A stretch of DNA of 64,000 nt from Macrostomum lignano (lineage: Eukaryota): assembly GCA_002269645.1 (NCBI GenBank), contig NIVC01001647.1, positions 1 to 64,000 of the forward strand, in the 5' to 3' direction. A program made the position numbers and the translations under genes. Each line of letters begins with the position of its first letter. Position 1 is the stretch's first letter. The notes under the pieces are model-generated. The model made no database searches. It saw only the letters and a list, made by a program, of their open reading frames with translations, and had not been told where the DNA came from. This document shows, in pieces, positions 23,649-35,600 of the stretch.

Positions 23649-24225
23649 ACCCTAATATACAGATGTCATGGAATACTGACTTTCAAATTGGCATCAAACT
23701 TTTTGTGCTAAATGTCAATTTTTTCCTTAGCTTTCGCTGGTTTCTAAGATTTTATACCTCTGTATCATGAGCAATCATAAAACATGAAATGTTGCTTTTA
23801 TTGGTTGTGGCTGATGCTATTGGGAATGGTATGCAGATTTTGGATTCTGCAATTTCTAAATTCTGACAAAAAACAGACTAGATGGGCATGGCTAGCTACC
23901 AAGAATGGGTTCTTCAAATAGCAAGGGGGTACTTTTAGTTTTTTAATGTGATTTGGTTCTAAAAAAGGACAAAATCATTTTTAAAAAACAAGACTGGAGG
24001 AATTACAACTACTGGCCAATTAATAACCTAGGCCATTGTCGGCAACCGGCGTTTCGTAGAAAAAAAATTCGATGAAACATCGATGAAGCTAATATTAACA
24101 TTAACAAATCCTAAGCTTAATACATTCTTGTATTACCATAATTTTACGAGATATATATGCTAATCCTGAGTTTTGACCTGTTTTGAACGCTAAAATTTAA
24201 AACTAAAAATGCTGATTTTACCTTT

Positions 24226-24264
24226 TACCTGTAACCATGTAAAAGAAAAACATGGTTACAGGTA
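24226..24264. other. Perfect 15-bp inverted repeat with a 9-nt loop
   Basis: TACCTGTAACCATGT-AAAAGAAAA-ACATGGTTACAGGTA. Confidence 0.85.
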
Positions 24265-27179
24265 GCGTTGTAAATTCCACCCACGGCCACAATCCTTTAT
24301 AATCACTTAGTACATATCATTTACATGTTTTACCAAGGAATCAGTACATAAATTCTATGCTGACTGTGTAACAATTCATTTTGTCAATATGTATAACCGA
24401 GATGATAAAAATAGATTTATAAAGCCGATGAGTCGAGTCGCCATACATTTAAATTTATTATTTTTTTAAGTACATGTAAAGTATATAGGATAGGACATGT
24501 TCGTTCGATATACAAAATTAACATAGAATCCTAATTTTCTAAACAAAAGCTCTATATATCAATAGGAAGCTATAATAAAGGCAAAACATGTGAAGACGAA
24601 CATTGGTTCTGCCTCCTAATCAAAAGCATGCAATAATTCTTTTTTGTGCTGTAAAAAGAATAACTTCGTAAATTGTGTCTCCGTAATGTTTTTTCAAAAA
24701 ATATCTGCCTCCTTAAAATTTACCATGAAACGTAGTTTCCCGTCCGACTTACATGTAAGTAATCATTGGTATTAGGGTGTAACACGATCGATCCGACCTA
24801 GAAACTTACTTGATCCTTATCAAATCGTTTATTAGAACAAGTGGCGGATCCTAGGGGGGGGGAGGGGGCGGCGGGGCGTGTGAATAAAATAGAGTTTTCG
24901 ACACAAGACCGTGGGGATAAGCACTTCCTTTAGTCAACTTAGAAAAACTGCACGATGGATAAATTTAAGAGCCAGAGATGTGATCACGTTATTAATAATA
25001 CATTATACAGATGATTTATCTACTACTCTACTGAAAGTGGGAGCATAAGTGCTTTTTTCCAAATCCCGCGCTAGCACATGGGCCCTAAACTTACTAGCCT
25101 ACTAACAGTGGGCAATGGGCATTTTTATCCTTTTTAGGATAGAATCTATGCTAGATATAATGTTTGGTCATACTAGTAGTCATAATAACATATAGGCGCA
25201 GCTTTTTGGGTCATAAATCATCGCTTTCGAAGCTGGTCTGACAGCCACCTGCGCCTCACTCAGTGTTGAGGCGGGCGCCAGATGGTCTGAGGGGATGCGA
25301 ATGATAGCTTTTTTCCCATCATTTTGACAGGTCATCAAGATTTATGAGAGCAGGGCCTATTGTTCGTGTTCACTCAAGCGTGTGACAGCTTTGACAGCTA
25401 TGCGTTTTACCCCTAAAAGTACTTTGGGATTAGCAATTAGCGATTTCTCTTCATTATCCTCACTTTCTATTTAATATGAGCTTTCTAATGTATATTTTTT
25501 CATTAATTTTTGTCAATTCTACGCGAAAAGTCATAAATCATTTTGTTGCGATTTTGATTGATTTATGGCCGCACCTGTCATGTTTTTACGACCCCGAGGG
25601 AACTGATAGGATCTCCCGGTCACTGGGTAGCAACAAGCTTAGCCAATCAGAAAATTCGGCACTCATTTTAACAAATCGGCTCAGCCAATCAGAATCGACG
25701 TGTTCCATTATAACAACTGCGGTCCAGTTGGCGGCTATTTAAACCAGTGTTTTTGGCCCGCTCGGACTACAACTTTCTTCCTTTCCGGGGTGCTACCCCT
25801 GCAAACCTTCTTGCGACCGGGTGCCACCCTTGGCTCCACCGGCCAGAAATTGACCGTCGTTTCTTGATCCCCGGATTGCGACTTCCCCCATCATCATCAA
25901 GGACGAATCCCCCGGTCATCAGCAGTGAACGTCAAAGTGAAGAGCATCACCTGCTAGCTATCAGCGAAGATCACATCAGCATCATCCCGGGCCTACAGCT
26001 GCGAAGCACTAAGCCGATTCGGTCACTGTGGATTACCTGGTCTCCGGCTGTTGAGTTTCTGATTGGTTGGGTGAGAGGCTGCCTAGACTTGCTTGATTGG
26101 GTGATTCCTTATCTGTCCCCTTTCCCTGTTTCAGTAGCTGGATTAGGCGCACACTTTTGCTCATTTTGTTCAGTATAGTGCTGTAATCAAGGCAGAAGTC
26201 ATTCAATAATACTGCTAGTAGTCTAAAACTCCAATTCAATCTGAAGTGTGAAGTGATCTAAGGAGAAGGTTAAATCTAACTGTTATTTTCATCGGTTTTA
26301 TTTCTTTGTTCGCCGATGGCTCAGATCAATAGCTAAGCTAGTAGGCGCCGGTCATAGTGGACCAATGGCAAGGGAGTTCTCAGTCGATCAATCTATCAAA
26401 TCAGTTAGCGAAATTGCCAATAGTGCAGAATCGGCTCCAGAGGTGTACATGCGGTCTCTGATGTTCGAGTTAGCCTATCATCAGCGCTAGGAGAGGCTGG
26501 TTGGCGCGTTGAAGGCCAAAAGTACAATTCTTCGTATTTAGCAATGTAATAGTACATGTAGCTACCCCATAGTCTCGCCACTGCAAGAATACCCTGCACG
26601 AGTCCCCTCTGTAACTGCATGACCAATGCGATCTAGTCCCAGCAGTGTCCCTTAACATCGGCTATGACTTCGAGATTGACAGCAAAAAGACACTAGTTGG
26701 CAGGTAAGTGCAAAGCCCCTTCTAGTCGGAAGCCCGATTTCGAGAGTCCCGGTGTGGTGAGCCAGGACGTACGGGCTGGTGGCAGCGAGTTAGCTAATCT
26801 GCGGATTAACTAATTTCTACCTTCAAAATTCTCCCTGCTTGTCTCTCGCTGTCCCTCTCTTAGCTGTAGGACCTAGACTGCTCGCCACACGATCAAGCTA
26901 CCATGGGGCTGACCATCTGACAGGAGTGGGGGGCCAGGACTCTAATTGATTTATTTCTGAGACCTGAGGCCCGAAGGCTTCCCCACAAGGGGGCCGAAAG
27001 GTCGAAACCCATCATTATACCATACTTATAATAGAAATATCAGCGTAACAATATTATCATTAAGTTGACCCGTCAAGTTACGACACAACACACTTAACTC
27101 CTGGTATGTTGAACTTAGAACGATAATACAATTCACTTTCCACAAATTTTTGACAATTTGTCCTTTTATTGTAACAAAA

Positions 27180-27570
27180 AAATAAACTTTTTATTTCGCT
27201 GTGTACATGTACATGTATGACGAAGGTTTAACTTGTACAGTTAAGCAAAAGCACTTCTATCTTTTTACATGTAGATGAAACCAAATGAAGCTTATAGCAG
27301 CTAGTTATGAGCTTGATTGTCGTTGTACTTTAATTCCCTTCGTTGCCTTCCCCATCAACTATAGACAACGCAGAAAGTGCTTGTCTTAATCTCAGGGCTT
27401 TTTACCCAGCATACAGCTAGTGTTGTCTATGGTTGATAGGGAAGGCAACGAAGGAAAAAATTATTACGACAATCAATCTTATAAATAAAAAACTGCTACA
27501 AGCTTTATTGTTGTATCTTTATTGTATCGAAAGAGCATTTGCACAGTGAAATAAACCGTTTATTTGCAAC
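27180..27570. mobile_element. Foldback (long palindromic) element, MITE-like
   Basis: Core arms 27337-27369 and 27422-27454 pair at 31 of 33 positions; weaker pairing extends outward to about 27180 and 27570. Confidence 0.65.
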
Positions 27571-30159
27571 CGATGCAAATAAATGAAATTTACACTGAGA
27601 CCATAGACGTTCGCCCGGGGCAAGTAGGGGAATACATTAGGCGTAAAGGCGGTGGTTCTTAATTATTACCCAGTTGGGCCCGGTCATAGACAAAGAAAAG
27701 CATTTATTTGATGCGAAAGAAATTTAGAATTTCTGTTGCTTGACACGAACTGAGTAATAAATACATCATTACCCACTTGTTTGACTTATCTATGGGCGTA
27801 AGCGATAAATAAATAAAACAAGTGGGGAAAAACATGTACTTAGGTATTACTGATTTAATGACAAGTAAGATGTCGGAATTAAACCGGAGTTCGCAAGATA
27901 GTGTTCAAAGATTGCAACCGTTAGATTTCGGTGCTTTATTTATAGTTTTTTTCGATGGAACATTCTGGAAGAATGTTCTAGAATGAGTTCACGTGGGTGG
28001 GAACTCAACTTACTGTATTTGGAATTATATGTTTATCGCGGAAATTTCTAGAATTATTGCAATGCGTGCTACTAATAAAATTGGAGTGGAAAAAATAATG
28101 TAAAAACAAAACATTGCCCTAAATACTCGTAAATACAATTGCAATTTTGCTTTTTTGCTGGTCAAGTTTGATAAAAGTATCCTCGATTTGTACGAGTATA
28201 TTATCGTGCCGTGCTGTTTGATAGTTCGATGACGGTTTAAACGGTCGATCAACCTTTTTTAGCATTTAGGACGAATAAATCTGCAGAGTAGGAGCAATTT
28301 ATATTGCGCCTTTAAATTTCGACTCGAAGCGTTTAGCGTAGCAAAAAGAAAGGAAGAATTTGCTGGGATGAATTAATTGTTCCTGGAATTGATGTTTTTA
28401 ACCGGAGTTCATGTGCGTGTAAAAGTCAATTTTAAAGAAAACTAGCGTATAGACATTGCAACAATGCAATGTAATTCGATATAGTTTTTCCCTGATTTGC
28501 CACGAGAAAATATGCATGTATACGATATGAGCCTAAGATAAAGTTGCATGTCAAGGGCATTCGTTAATAGGCCGACTCGCATGCACATGAGAGATTATAT
28601 TTTAAGAGGAGCAGGCCTTGCAGGCCTGGCGTCACGTGACGTTGAGCTGTTATTGTCTTATCTTAGCCTGCGTCAATTTATAATGGCCATGTGTCTACAC
28701 AATGCTAGATGCGATCTTTTAGATATGATGCATGAAAGAAAATATTAGGTCATTTGAATGATGTTGCAGAAAAAAATTGTCATTTCTTTCAAATTGAGAC
28801 CGGAACGAGCTATTTTTGAGCTATGCATATGCATACAGTATAGTTTATTAAATTTCTATATCTTAATAATGATTATTTTACAATACAAACAAAAGAATGC
28901 TTAGCCATCTTTAGCTTTGTTACTATTAGTAACTAAACTGGTGGCATTAGCACTACATGCCAAAATTAACAGGATTGTATTTTGGAAGCTGCTGCATTCC
29001 GAGGCCCGCTACGCGCCGGACCGATCGATAAACTCTGCCCCTGCCCCACACGTACCCACCTCCCCCAATCCGCCCTCAGACCCATTCCAGGGGTACACAG
29101 ATTTTTAAGCGTACATTTAAAAGCCGTCAACGAAACTAATTAGAGACTAACGCGTGAACGGGCGGCCGGCCCTTTATTCTAAGTTTAGTCTATAAAAAAT
29201 ATCCGTCTGTCTGTCCCCCCCGGCGCAGTGAGGACAAGGCAAGGAGATTTAAGTAACGCAATTAGCAGGCCCTAACTGGTTAAAAGCCTAACTTAATAGT
29301 GCATAAAATAATCTTATGACAGTCTAAATAATGTAACCAGACCGAGAGCCTTTCTTGTCTCCAGCAGCTAAAACAAACACTGTATATACACTACACTACC
29401 CAACTGTCCAAGTGTGCTTAAATAAACATACCGAAGTTATTATCAAATACTGTCTAGACGCGCGCAATAATTATGGTTATTAAAATACAACTCGTAATTA
29501 GCTACATCAACAAATAAGCTAACATAAATAAATAATAACAACTCAAGCAAAAGCTTACATTTTTATATCGAAAGACGGTACATTCAATTCTTATTGAATA
29601 TATATTTCTCTGCGAATTATATTTTAACTTTAATTTAACACTCAGGGAAAAATATTATTAAATATTGTTTGATTGAGCAGAGACAGACCACATTGGTCAG
29701 GATTCGGGAATCTCAATGAATCTCAAGGCAAATTTTGCTGAGTTGCTCGCAATATTGATGTAAAAGAGACAGTCAATAGGTCTGGGTCCTGGGAGACTTA
29801 ATAACTATTAACTTGAAAGAGGTGAACGAAAGCATTTTTTTCATCTGTTTTTTGGGGTTTAAGTGCAAAACTATTAGCCAGGAAGTTAAAATTCAATAGA
29901 ATTGTTGCACATCTATCCTCCATCACATCTATCCTTAAGGGACAAGAATAACAGTGAATAGCATCATATTCGAACAACAATTCAGGTCAATAATCATGCA
30001 ATAATGACGCGGAAAAAGTCATGAAAAAAACAAAAATCCTTGACATAATTTCTACAGAAATACTTCAATTTTACTATGCATTGCTGACAAAAATCTACAC
30101 CGCTATGCAGAATGACTCAGAGGCCAGAGCGCAGTAGTCCGGGGTAGGAGATGCCCCTC

Positions 30160-31357
30160 TCGACATCACCTACTTGGCGCCCTCTTGACATCACCTACTT
30201 GGCGCCCTCCTGACATCACATACTTGGCGCCCTCTCGACATCACCTACTTGGCGCCCTCCTGACATCAACTACTTGACGCCCTCTCGACATCACCTACTT
30301 GGCGCCCTCCTGACATCAACTACTTGACGCCCTCTTGACATCACCTACTTGGCGCCCTCCTGATATCACCTACTTGGCGCCCTCTTGACATTACCTACTT
30401 GGCGCCCTCCTGACATCAACTACTTGACGCCCTCCTGACATCAACTACTTGACGCCCTCCTGATATCAACTACTTGGCGCCCTCTTGACATCACCTACTT
30501 GGCGCCCTCCTGACATCAACTACTTGACGCCCTCCTGACATCAACTACTTGGCACCCTCCTGACATCACCTACTTGGCGCCCTCCTGACATCAACTACTT
30601 GGCACCCTCCAGACATCACCTACTTGGCGCCCTCCTGACATCACATACTTGGCGCCCTCTTGACATTACCTACTTGGCGCCCTCCTGACATCAACTACTT
30701 GGCGCCCTCTTGACATCACCTACTTGGCGCCCTCCTGATATCACCTACTTGGCGCCCTCTTGACATTACCTACTTGGCGCCCTCCTGACATCAACTACTT
30801 GACGCCCTCCTGACATCAACTACTTGGCGCCCTCTTGACATCACCTACTTGGCGCCCTCCTGATATCACCTACTTGGCGCCCTCTTGACATTACCTACTT
30901 GGCGCCCTCCTGACATCAACTACTTGACGCCCTCCTGACATCAACTACTTGGCGCCCTCTTGACATCACCTACTTGGCGCCCTCCTGATATCACCTACTT
31001 GGCGCCCTCTTGACATTACCTACTTGGCGCCCTCCTGACATCAACTACTTGACGCCCTCCTGATATCAACTACTTGGCGCCCTCCTGACATTACCTACTT
31101 GGCGCCCTCCTGACATCGCCTACTTGGCGCCCTCTTGACATCAACTACTTGGCGCCCTCCTGACATCACCTACTTGGCGCCCTCCTGACATCGCCTACTT
31201 GGCGCCCTCTTGACATCAACTACTTGGCGCCCTCCTGACATCACCTACTTGGCGCCCTCTTGACATTACCTACTTGGCGCCCTCTTGACATTACCTACTT
31301 GGCGCCTTCCTGACATCAACTACTTGGCACCCTCCTGACATCAACTACTTGGCGCCC
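30160..31357. repeat. 25-bp minisatellite (TGACATCACCTACTTGGCGCCCTCC), about 48 copies
   Basis: Direct periodicity. Confidence 0.95.
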
Positions 31358-31673
31358 TAAGAAGCCATTTCAACTGATGCAACATGTGTAGTAAAGCACA
31401 GACAAGTAACAGGTAAGAACGGCTGGATTCTACTATTTTAGCTATAGTGTTACTAGAAAGAAAGTCTACAGAATCGCATATTTTAATTCTATAATATAGT
31501 CTTCGGAATCTTTTAGTTCGGCTTTTTTCAACGGATTTTCCGCTGCCAACGCTAAAACAATTCAACCAGTCTAAGAGACAAAAACGCTAATCTAAGAGTA
31601 AAAAGCTGATAATCACAGCAGAAAGCATTGGTGCTGATTGTTAATGAGTGGGACGAATCAGTAAACAACTACT

Positions 31674-32162
31674 AGTATTGCTTTTGTCAGCCTAACTGAG
31701 AATAAAGCCACCCAAAATGAGAATCCTGCCTACGCCGACTGCGAAGGGCCCGGCCGCGTGCAGCCCCAGTCTATGGGCCATAGACAATAAAGGACAAGCA
31801 AAGGGATAAAAAGCCATCCAATGTGAGAATCGATTGCAATCCAATATTATCGATCCAATATTGGTCTATGCGTCGTATTCTTTTATTTTTATACCTTCTG
31901 AGCTTCTGAGCCATATGACTAGCCAATCCTAGCTTATCCTTTATAGTCTATGGCTCATAGACTAGGCTGGACGCAGCTAGGCCCTTCGTATTCAGCTTAG
32001 GCAGGATTCTCACATTGGATGGCTTTTCATCACTTTGCTTATCCTTTACAGTCTATGGCCCATAGACCAAGGCTGCACGCAGCCAGGCCCCTCGCAGTCA
32101 GCGTAGGCAGGATTCTCACTTTGGATGGCCCCACTCTCAGTTAGGCTGACAAAACCAATACT
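31674..32162. mobile_element. Foldback/MITE-like element, about 490 bp, with TIRs of about 155 bp and an internal partial third copy
   Basis: 31674-31830 is the reverse complement of about 32005-32162 (AGTATTG...GTCAGCCTAACTGAG...GAGAATCCTGCCTACG...GTCTATGGGCCATAGAC). A partial copy lies at about 31930-32010. Confidence 0.75.
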
Positions 32163-32294
32163 TTAATTGAGACTAAGCTACACCGGATGATGAGTGCATG
32201 GATAATATGCATATGCGAATGGACCCATCCGCATAGTAACGCATGTGTTAGACCATAGATATGGTCCCTTCAAAACGAATGATGGGAATTCGCG

Positions 32295-32650
32295 ATGGGG
32301 ATCTGAGATCCGGGATGGCTGGGACCTGGGATAAAAGGGCTTCGAGATTGTAAAGATCTGGAGGCATGGGATTTGGGATTATGGGATCTGTGATTATGGG
32401 ATCTGGGATTATGGGATCCGGGATTATGGGATTTGGGATTTTGGATTCGGGATTATGGGATCTGGGATTATGGGATCTGGGATTATGGGATCTGGGATTA
32501 TGGAATCTGGGATTATGGGATCTGGGATTATGGGTTCTGGGATTATGGGATCTGGGATCATGGCATCTGGGATCAGGTGATCCGAGATCTGGGACCATGG
32601 GATTATGGGATCTGCGCCATCATGGGATCTGGGATCATGGGATTTGGGAT
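32295..32650. repeat. 15-bp minisatellite (TGGGATCTGGGATTA) downstream of the PPP1R3 stop
   Basis: Direct periodicity. Confidence 0.9.
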
Positions 32651-32690
32651 CACTAAAAATTACGAGCGCAGAATCTAGGATCTCGAGAGA

Positions 32691-35600
32691 TCAATAGTAT
32701 ACCCGATCGGCAAAGTGGTCCCAGACGGAGAACTCTGAAAAGTCGGTGACGCCCGAATAGTTGGGCTTGTAGTCCCTGGTGTAGGCATTGGCCGACCTGC
32801 TGGACTTGGACGAGGCAGATTTCTTGGCCACCGACACCTTGTAGTTCGCGCCCAAGTTGCTGTCCCAGAAGGCTTGGCCTTCGGCCTCGAAGCAGACGCA
32901 GAATTCGAAGCCGCGCTCCAAGTCGGCGGGCAGGGGAAGCTGAACACGAATGAGTCCTGCGGGGAATGGGGATAGGGATGGCTGGAGGAATGAATGTAGC
33001 GCGTAGTTTTCCTGATATTTGGCTGAGCTACCGGCCTCGGATTCAATTCTATTAAATTCACTTTTTCAGATCCCTGTCTCAGATCCCACTCTCAGGATCC
33101 TAATCTCAGATCCCAATCTCAGATTCCAGTCTCAGATCCCAGTCTCAGATCCTAGTCTCAGATCCCAGTCTTCAGATCCCTGTCTCAGATCCCAGTCTAA
33201 TATCCCAGTCTCAGATCCCAGTCCCAGATCCCAGTCTCAGATCCCAGTCCCAGATCCCAATCTCAGATCACAGACTTCAGATCCCAGTCCCAGATCCCAG
33301 TCTCAGATCCCAGTCTTCAGATCCCAGTCTCAGATTCCAGTCTTCAGATCCCAGTCTCAGATCCCAGTCTCAGATCCCAGTCTCAGATCCCAGTCTCAAG
33401 ATCCCAGTCTCGGATCTCTGTCCCAGATACAAGTTTCAGATCCCAGTCTCAGATCCCAGTCTTCAGATCCCAGTCTCAGATTCCAGTCTCAGATCCCAGT
33501 CCCAGATTCCAGTCCCAGATCCCAGTCCCAGATCCCAATCTCAGATCACAGACTTCAGATCCCAGTCCCAGATCCCAGTCTCAGATCCCAGTCTTCAGAT
33601 CCCAGTCTCAGATTCCAGTCTTCAGATCCCAGTCTCAGATCCCAGTCTCAAGATCCCAGTCTCAAGATCCCAGTCTCGGATCTCTGTCCCAGATACAAGT
33701 TTCAGATCCCAGTCTCAGATCCCAGTCTCAGATCCCAGTTTCAGATCCCAGTCTCAGATCCCAGTCTCAGATCCCAGTCTCAGATCCCAGTCTCAGATAC
33801 TAGTCTCAGATCACGATCTCGGGTCTCAGTCTCAGATCCAAGTCTCAGATCCCGATCTCTGGTCCCAGTCTCAGATCCCGATTTCGGGTCCCAGTCTCAG
33901 ATCCCAGTCTCAGATCCGGAATAATGAGACACACCTGACGAGAGTCCTGCGAGCTGGCGTAAGTCGCATCAAAGTCTCGATAGCTCGCCCATTGATCGAA
34001 GCTCACCCGAACAAAGACTCTCTTTTTGAAGCTGATATTCTTCACCGAGACCGAGCCTTTAGCTGTCAGCCCGTCAAAATATAAATTGCTAAGCGATACG
34101 CAATTCTTTTCCACATTCTCTCTGAACAGAATGTACTTTGACGAGGGCTGGGCAAACTGGCAGCGGAACTGGCCGGATTTGTCCGAACTGGCTTCAATGT
34201 CATCGGCCGCGTCCGGGTCGGCTGGAAGTGGCCCTGATGTTGGGGAAGATCGGGGCCGGGAGTTTTTTAGCTTCGGCATACACCCCCATATATCCTAGTG
34301 AACAACCTGAGGGAGGGGGAAACAGCCCAGTGAACAACCTGAGGGAGGGAAACAGCCCAGTGAACAACCTGAGAGAGGGGGAAACCGCCCAGTGAACAAC
34401 CTGAGGGAAGGGAACAGCCCAGTGAACAGCCTGAGGGAGGGAAACAGCCCAGTGAACAACCCTGAGGAAAACAGCCCAGTGAACAACCTGAGGGAGGGAA
34501 ACAGCCCAGTGAACAACCGGAGAGAGGGGGAAACAGCCCAGTGAACAACCTGAGGGAAGGGAACAGCCCAGTGAACAGCCTGAGGGAGGGAAACAGCCCA
34601 GTGAACAACCCTTAGGAAAACAGCCCAGTGAACAACCTGAGGGAAGGGAACAGCCCAGTGAACAACCTGAGGGAGGGAAACGGCCCAGTGAACAACCTGA
34701 GAGAGGGGGAAACAGCCCAGTGAACAACCTGAGGGAAGGGAACAGCCCAGTGAAAAGCCTGAGGGAGGGAAACAGCCCAGTGAACAACCCTGAGGAAAAC
34801 AGCCCAGTGAACAGCCTGAGGGAGGGAAACAGCCCAGTGAACAACATGAGGGAAGGGAAACAGCCCAGTGAACAGCCTGAGGAAAACAGCCCAGTGAACA
34901 GCCTGAGGGAGGGAAACAGCCCAGTGAACAGCCTGAGGGAGGGAAACAGTCTAGTGAACAGCCTGAGGGAGGGAAACAGCCCAGTGAACAACCTGAGGGA
35001 GGGAAAGCAGCCCAGTGAACAGCCTGAGGGAGGGGGAAACAGCCTAGTGAACAACCTGAGGGAGGTAAACAGCCCAGTGAACAGCCTGAGGAAAACAGCC
35101 CAGTGAACAGCCTGAGGGAGGGAAACAGCCCAGTGAACAGCCTGAGGGAGGGAAAGCAGCCCAGTGAACAGCCTGAGGGAGGGGAAAACAGTCTAGTGAA
35201 CAACCTGAGGGAGGTAAACAGCCCAGTGAACAGCCTGAGGGAAACAGGCCAGTGAACAACCTGAGGGAGGTAAACAGGCCAGTGAACAACCTGAGGGAAA
35301 CAGCCTGTACAAAGTCGGCATTTCAGCACTCACTGATGGACAGAAACTTTGGCGGGGCCCAGCTGGGCTCGCTGAACACGCGGACCTGCTGCAGCGGTTT
35401 GCCAGCATCGTCGGCAAAGATGACTCGCTTTTTCATCGACTTGCCAATAGAGTCGGAGACAGCCTTGTGAAGCGGCGGCCCCCCCGCCACCGTCAGGACG
35501 TCGGCGGCGGTGGCTTCGGCGGCGGTGGCTTCGGTGGCGGCCGCTGGCGCTGGTTGCGGTTCAGCCTCACCCTCGCCGTTGCCTCTACCTTCGCCGTCGC

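Noticed and set aside
28630-28641. Perfect palindrome CGTCACGTGACG (USF/CLEAR-type E-box)
   Set aside because: Several 12-bp palindromes are expected by chance in 64 kb, and no gene start is nearby.
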